This document shows positions 56,307 through 64,000 of a stretch of 64,000 nt of DNA, piece by piece. Source of the stretch: an uncultured bacterium (GTDB lineage Bacteria > Patescibacteriota > Gracilibacteria > Absconditabacterales > Absconditicoccaceae); assembly GCA_903904875.1 (NCBI GenBank), contig CAIVEC010000001.1, positions 10,147 to 74,146 on the forward strand. The letters are read 5' to 3'. The stretch's first letter is position 1; each line of letters begins with the position of its first letter. Below the pieces are notes generated by a model. It did not search any database, was not told where the DNA came from, and worked only from the letters and a program-made list of their open reading frames with translations. Both the position numbers and the translations under genes were made by a program.

Positions 56307-56840
56307 CGCTGAAAATACTCTTCTACTCAATACCACTGCAACTCGTCCACATCATATTCACAGAACCGCTCCTGCGAGAATGTCGCTCGGATAGTGCATA
56401 CCGTTATGCATCCTGCTCCACGCCATAAGCAACGCGTAGAGAATCGCATACGGTCGAACTGCGGGAAATAAGAGTATCAACACGGTGATCATAGCAACAG
56501 TTAGCGCCATGTGAGTTGAAGGAAATGATGAGTCTGTATAAAGTTTTCCTATAGGTTGAATGGTTGTTGAATGAGCCATATACGGTCTCTGTCTGATTCC
56601 GGTTTCGTGGATAAGTGCAGTTTTGAATCCTATATCAGAAAGCGAATACGATAGTCCTGCTGCGAGGATGAATGCGAACACGACGAACTTCCGATATTTT
56701 TTTTTGAGGAGAATAGCAAGAATAATTATCAATGTCCGAATACCTATCATCGTCCGATTCCGGGAAATATATTGAGAAAAAATATCTAATCGTGTCCCGT
56801 GTCAGAGATGGTTGATGAAGGTAACTATCTGCACGTCCAT
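56301..56840 (-). CDS. PAP2-family phosphatase
   Basis: SFPSTHMA...SRMHNGMHYPSDILAGA. Start MDVQIVTFINHLGHGT(CGA)LD. 540 nt. Its stop lies inside repeat copy 1. Confidence 0.75.
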
Positions 56841-56900
56841 GTGAGTCAGAAAAAATTAAATATAGGTAGTGATAGTTTTCCACGCTCTTTTGTCAAAAAG

Positions 56901-56950
56901 AAAAAAACCACCCCACTTTGGAGTGGTTTTTCTCTATTTCAGTAATAAAT

Positions 56951-56956
<6 letters not shown>
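56901..56956. repeat. 56-bp direct repeat, copy 2 (dnaK stop plus terminator)
   Basis: Same sequence as 56251-56306, exactly 650 bp away. Confidence 0.85.
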
Positions 56957-58846
<1,890 letters not shown>

Positions 58847-59064
58847 AGTAATAGTAGTAAATATGTAAAAAAAAATTAGTAACTTTGAATATTTTTAAAA
58901 ATAGCACGTAGTGTATACAGATGCTACATCAAAAATCAAGAGATTTTTTGTCATCTTTTTTGCCTGCCTGCTATTGCATTGTTTTAGCAATAATTACTAA
59001 TATCTATTGTAATATGTCAATAAATAATTATATATTCTTTGTTTTTATGTCTTAATCATAAAAA

Positions 59065-59721
59065 ATGACTCCTCCGATTTGAGAAACGCCCGTCACACCA
59101 GAAAACGTGAATAATCTTACCGACACAGAACTGGATATTGTTTTGAATTCCGAAAAAGCCCAAGCAAAAATCGCAGCCAATCTGTTATCAAAAATCCCTG
59201 AATTTGAAAAAAACACTTTTAGGATAGATAGCGCATGATGGAAAGAAGAAACAAGACATATACAATGACAATGACCAGTCAGCCTGAAAGTAAATCCACA
59301 ATGAGACGTATTAGAATTTGTGGACGGTCCTGCAAAATGAGAACAGTTATTTATCACGTATAATGGATTTATAAGAGAAGCATGTGCGCAGAAAGGCGTT
59401 TCAAAAGAAGTATTAGAACAAAAATATTTGCCGACACCTGAAAAACTGACAAAAATGGCTGGTGGACAAGGACCAGGAAAAGAGCAATATAAAACATTTT
59501 ATGAGGCAGCTACCATCAATAAACATCTTGCTGGATATCGGATGCCTGATATCCCAAGATTTCATGAAACCGGTAAAAGTTTCTTTGTACGATTGGCTCA
59601 AGGCAATTCTGTCCAATTTGACATATCCGGATGGTATCGCTTCGATAACAGACCAAGTCGGTTTAATTATAAAGACCTTAATGCAGGTCATGGTTTAAGC
59701 GGTCTATTATTAAAGGACTAG
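59065..59721 (+). CDS. hypothetical protein (218 aa)
   Basis: ORF 59428..59721 extended upstream through 5 TGA to ATG 59065. 657 nt. No family recognised. Confidence 0.55.
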
Positions 59722-59735
59722 ATCAAATTTCTTCT

Positions 59736-60629
59736 TTAAAAAAAATGGAGACTGAAATACAGCCTCCATCATGTTTTAATGCCTTTATCTTTCCGCACAT
59801 ACAAGGTCGGTCGCCAAGGATAGCGCAGAAAGATCGAACCGAAGCTGATAGCTTTCGCACCGAGTTTCCTCACTTTCTCGATGTCGTCAAACTCCCATAC
59901 GCTTGGGCCGATCACGGGAATCGAAGTCGATGTGACAAGCTTCTCGATCAGGCTCCAGGTGAATGGCTGTGCCGCTTTGCCGGAAACACCGCCTCCTCCA
60001 AAGTTTGCCAGAGGGCTTTTTTTATTTGGAAAAGCTATCGCCCATGAGACACTGTTGATTGAAATAGCTTCGACAAGATTTTCGACTTCCTTCACGATTT
60101 GTTCTATGTCGTGGCTGACTGATAGTTTCAGAATCAACGGCAGACGGGAATTCTCCTTAACCGCTTTACAGCTTGCTATCACTCTTGCTGTATTATGAAG
60201 AATATCGGTTTTGGTATTCGGACAAGAAGCGTCTATTTCTAGTCCTACTAAATCAAATCTATCCAGCATCCTAGGCATTTCCGCCAGTTCTTCCGGTTCG
60301 CCGAAAATTGAAACAACCAAGGGAATTTTGTTTGAATCAACTGACGGGCCGATTTTTTCGCACCACCAGGCAATGCCGGGATTTGATAAACCGACTGCAT
60401 TCACTACTCCGCCATGGAGCAATCGTATGCATCGTAAAGGATTGTACCAACGAAGATTTCCTTCCGTTGGTTGAAGTGTGAGTGTTTTGGTGACTGAGGT
60501 GAAAAGTGTCGGGTCAAAAATTTTTAACCACTGCCAAGGACGTTCCCATGGCCAACCTTTTCCGTCGAAACCCAAAGCACCGCTTGCGGTCATATATTCA
60601 AAGGCATGACCATTAGAAAATTTTATCAT
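59736..60629 (-). CDS. dihydroorotate dehydrogenase-like (PyrD family) flavoenzyme
   Basis: GNLRWYNPL(CGA)..., VNAVGLSNPG, DASCPN, LKLS, FGGGGVSG. 286 codons with no internal TGA. The standard-code stop is TGA at 59769; under code 25 the frame runs 11 more codons to TAA at 59736. Confidence 0.75.
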
Positions 60630-60689
60630 ACTGCCTCCTTTTTTTGAAGAATTTTTTTCGACTATAGATATCCCATAGCTTTTATCAAG

Positions 60690-60800
60690 TCGGAAGGTTT
60701 GAAGAGTTTTTCCTCACCCCCTTTCTCCCCCTCTCCTTCAGAGAGGGGTATGATTACTGCTCCTTCTCTGAAGGAGAAGGTTGGGATGAGGAAAGTTACT
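60690..60800. repeat. REP-like imperfect palindrome, second copy
   Basis: cctcaccccctttctccccctctccttcagagagg...ctctgaaggagaaggttgggatgagg. See 22096-22200. Confidence 0.7.
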
Positions 60801-60880
60801 CAATACCTTGTAAACCAGCTTTGAAAAAATATAAAACAACCAATTCTGAATTCTGCATTTTACATTCTGCATTCAAAAAA

Positions 60881-62083
60881 ATGTCCGTCTATTCATTCTC
60901 GCAGACGCAGTGTTTCGTGCAATGTCCGCGCAAGTACCAGTATAAATATGTCGACAAGATCCAGGAAAAGGAATTTGAATCGAGTCCGGATCTGATTCTC
61001 GGACATAGCGTCCACGCAGCATTGGAACGGCTGTATAATCAGATAAATGTTTTTAAAGTCCCTGCCAAGGATGAGCTTTTGGCGAAGTTCAAGGACCAAC
61101 GGGATACTGAATTGAAAGAGGCGACCATCGAGAAACCATTGGAGATGAAATGAGAACAGACGCTTGAGGACTACATCCGCAGAGGCATCCATTATGTGGC
61201 GAACTATTATGACAAGTATAGTCCCTTTGAAAATATCACCGTCGTCGCTACGGAAGCGTCGATAGTTTTTGATCTGAATGACCAGGTAAAATTCCGTGGA
61301 TTCATCGATAGATTGGATAAAGAAGGAGAAACGTTCATCATCAATGATTATAAGACGAACAAGAATCTTCCGCCGGAGAGCAAGGAAGAATACATCGATC
61401 AGCTCACCTTGTATGGTCTAGGAGTGCAGCAGAATTATGCGAAATATTTTAAAACAATCAAAGCCAGACTCCACTATCTTCATTTTGACCTGATGGACGA
61501 ATGGGAGATCACTCCTGAGCTTTTGGCTACAGTCACGAAAAAATATGTGGATACAATCACCGATATTGAAGCAAAAAAATTCGCGTACAATATGGGAGAT
61601 AAAAAATGTTTCGATCCGAAACAGAATAATTTTTGTAAATATTGTGAATACTATTCGCTCTGCCCTTTGTGGGCGCATCTGAAATTCGACGACGAAGTCA
61701 TAGGAAGCGAATTAGGAGAGAAGACCGTGAAAGGATTGGTGGATGAATATGTCGCGTTGTCCAAGCAAGAATCACAGGCCAAGAACGATAGGGAGTTGAT
61801 CAAAATCTTGTTGGTCGAATATCTCGAGAAAAAGAACCTATTGAAATTGTTTTGAAACGTGTATAAAATATCAGCTTCACAAGCTGAAAATATCAGTATT
61901 GCCGATAAAGAAGCGCTAAAGAAAGTCTTGCAGGAATTGGGAATTTTGAATGAAGTGATGGAAGTCGATAGGTTTAAGTTACAGAAATTAGTCAAAGATA
62001 AAAAATTGTCGCTAGAACAACTTGGTGTGACTGTTCAAAAAAATAGTAGTCGGACACTCAGAGCTGGCGCAAAAAAGGAATAA
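60881..62083 (+). CDS. PD-(D/E)XK nuclease with Cas4/AddB-type Fe-S cysteines
   Basis: N-terminal QCPRKY Cys, FIDRLD...INDYKT catalytic motif, C-terminal CKYCEYYSLCP. Three ORF-track pieces joined by 2 TGA. 1203 nt. Confidence 0.75.
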
Positions 62084-62561
62084 AAAAAACGCACCTAATA
62101 CAGGTGCGATTATATAACATGGTAAGAAAAACTCATATACCGATAGCTTGGCATAAATTTTCACAGATTTTTTTTTGGGTGTCTGCTTCAGATATGTGGG
62201 TAAATATTTGACTGAGTGGATGTACAATTCCTACGGTATCATTATACGTGCTTGTATACTGGTATTTTTGATTTTCATGTATCGATAAAGCACTTGCAAT
62301 GTTGTCAAATTCTTTTTTACCGAAAGCTCTGAAACTTTCCGGATTGAAATCCATGCAGCGGTGTGCAAAAATCTTTATAGCCCTTTTGATGACGGCTATC
62401 TTTCCGTCTCTTTTAAATCTTTTTATTCCATTTATAACATAACGGATTTCTTTTTTTTGTCTCTGTATGGCATAGTGATCACATATACAAACGTACATTA
62501 TAATCGAGCCAATTATACCCCCAAAAATAAGGCATAGTACATAGTAAATTACGTGTGTCAT
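62013..62561 (-). CDS. hypothetical membrane protein; 142-aa ORF ends at TGA 62133-62135 and reads on to TAG 62013 under code 25
   Basis: N-terminal TM VIYYVLCLIFGGIIGSIIMYV. No internal TGA. Hairpin cgcacct/aggtgcg (62090-62108) with a T-run in minus orientation lies just after the TGA. Confidence 0.5.
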
Positions 62562-62692
62562 AGTTTTTTTTCTCCTTTTCGTTTTGGATTAATATATTTG
62601 TTTTAAAACTTATATACATATTTAATTTAAAAAGTCAATCAAAAAAACCTGAGACTCAAAGCGAACTCAGGTTAGAAAATATATCAATTATT

Positions 62693-63277
62693 TTAGTATT
62701 TCTCAGACTTCACAACATAATAATTTGATTCGTGATCGCATGACGGGCATTTTTCCGGTGGAGTTTTCCCTTTGTGGACGTATCCGCATTTGGTGCACAT
62801 CCGCTCGATGTCTTCGGATTTTTTCGCTAAGGTGCCTGCAGCCAATTGGTCGCGTAATGCTTGGTATCTCGCTTCGTGATGCTCTTCCGCGTGGGAAATT
62901 GCTCTGATTCTGGCAGCGATTTCCGGGAATCATTCCTCTTCGGCGATCTTGGCGAATTCAGGATACAACACTTCGTGTTCGTGATTCTCTCCGTTGATGG
63001 CGTATTGGAGATTGTCCAAGGTCGTTCATTTCTTGACGAAAGCTGGGGTTTCTATTACCACTTCGTCCATATCCTCTCCCATCTTCTCTTTGACCATCTG
63101 GATCATTTTGAAAAATCGTGATGCGTGCTCTTTTTCCTGTTCAGCGGTCAGTTCAAAGATATCGGCTATCTGCAATAATCATTCTTTTCTGGCTGCGCTG
63201 GCATAGATAGCATAACGATTCCTCGCTTGTGACTCGCCGATAAAGGCTTTGGTAAGGGCTTCTAGGGTCTTTTTCAT
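62693..63277 (-). CDS. rubrerythrin
   Basis: FIGESQARNRY, EQEKEHA, INGENHEHEVLYP, AEEHHE, and a rubredoxin end (CGG 62801-62803)MCTKCGY...CPSC where the family has W.C..CGY. 585 nt. Confidence 0.9.
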
Positions 63278-63310
63278 GATGTAGAATTTTAAAAGATAAA
63301 GATATGCTGA

Positions 63311-64000
63311 TTATTCTAAAAATTGCAACTCTTGGTACCACGATTTTCCTCATAATCCCCGAAGGACATCCTGCCCTCCATCGATGAAATAGAACTTGTT
63401 TTTATTCTCATTACCGACGAACATCATCACTGATCAACCGATAGCATACGGACCACAGAACGTTGAAGGATAACATAATCGGTCTGCAGGACATCATGAC
63501 AGAATCTTGTCCTGAGGATAATCGATGAAAAACGCTTTATATCCTGAGGCATACATGCTATCGTCAAATGATAATTTAACTGCTGGTTCTATCGTACAAT
63601 CTCCGCTATTCTCTATATTCGCCACTCTTTTGATAGCTTGTTCCAAGGTTTCGTTAGGCAATTTTTCGAACATCTGGACCGATTCTCACCTGGTCATTAT
63701 GGATACTTTATCTCCTGATCTCACCATCGTATAAAACTCATTATTCACAAGCGCGTTTCCATATACATATACGGAAAACGTAATGCCGAGATCCGGTGAA
63801 GTATATGTTTTGAAATATCAAGTCTGTTCTCCGGTCATCTCAGTACATTGTGTCGGAGTTGTGCAATTTGTAGAGGAATATATGAATCAGGTAGGTCATA
63901 CCACTTGCAGAGTATCTTGAGCTCAAACTACATCTCCTGAAGAAATGATGTCTGCCACGGATGGAGATATAGGTTTAGATGATCCGCATCATCAGAGAAT
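63311..64000 (-). CDS. hypothetical protein, C-terminal 229 aa (5' end outside window)
   Basis: Open minus frame from the window edge to TAA at 63311, with 9 TGA. Cys-rich, probably secreted. Confidence 0.5.

Overview
Low-GC (by eye) 64-kb chromosomal segment that looks like an uncultivated Absconditabacteria (SR1) / Gracilibacteria-type CPR bacterium. The supplied standard-code ORF track is misleading. TGA is a sense codon (Gly, code 25). In addition, CGA and CGG sit at invariant Trp positions of LeuRS, TyrRS, sigma-70, TspO, rubrerythrin and a lytic transglycosylase. I re-read the window by hand with TGA=Gly, checking frame, length divisible by 3 and, for most long genes, each codon. This gives about 55 CDS and one tRNA-Ser(GGA); I saw no rRNA, CRISPR array, transposase or integrase. 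Housekeeping genes: nrdG, pduL, efp, secD, tyrS, argS, arfB, ftsK, rpoD-like, leuS, rlmN, dnaK, rubrerythrin, tspO. Two regions encode cell-surface proteins. The first (22.4-26.7 kb) holds a T9SS-CTD protein, a YadA/Hep_Hag-repeat fibre and a collagen-like fibre. The second (38.0-51.5 kb) holds SLH-like anchored proteins, a 960-aa repeat fibre, a second T9SS-CTD paralog, cohesin-like, dockerin-like and Ig-like proteins, and a lipoprotein. Most notable: (1) a triple codon reassignment; (2) a minority of long genes with no TGA at all, at least one of which (FabH-like) uses CGA at conserved Arg positions, i.e. written in the standard code inside a recoded genome; (3) Bacteroidota-type T9SS cargo proteins in a lineage not known to have a T9SS; (4) a dense family of intergenic hairpin elements with hypervariable but self-complementary arms, one copy carrying a four-helix-bundle (23S-IVS-type) ORF. 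All homology calls rest on motif recognition from memory; no searches were run.
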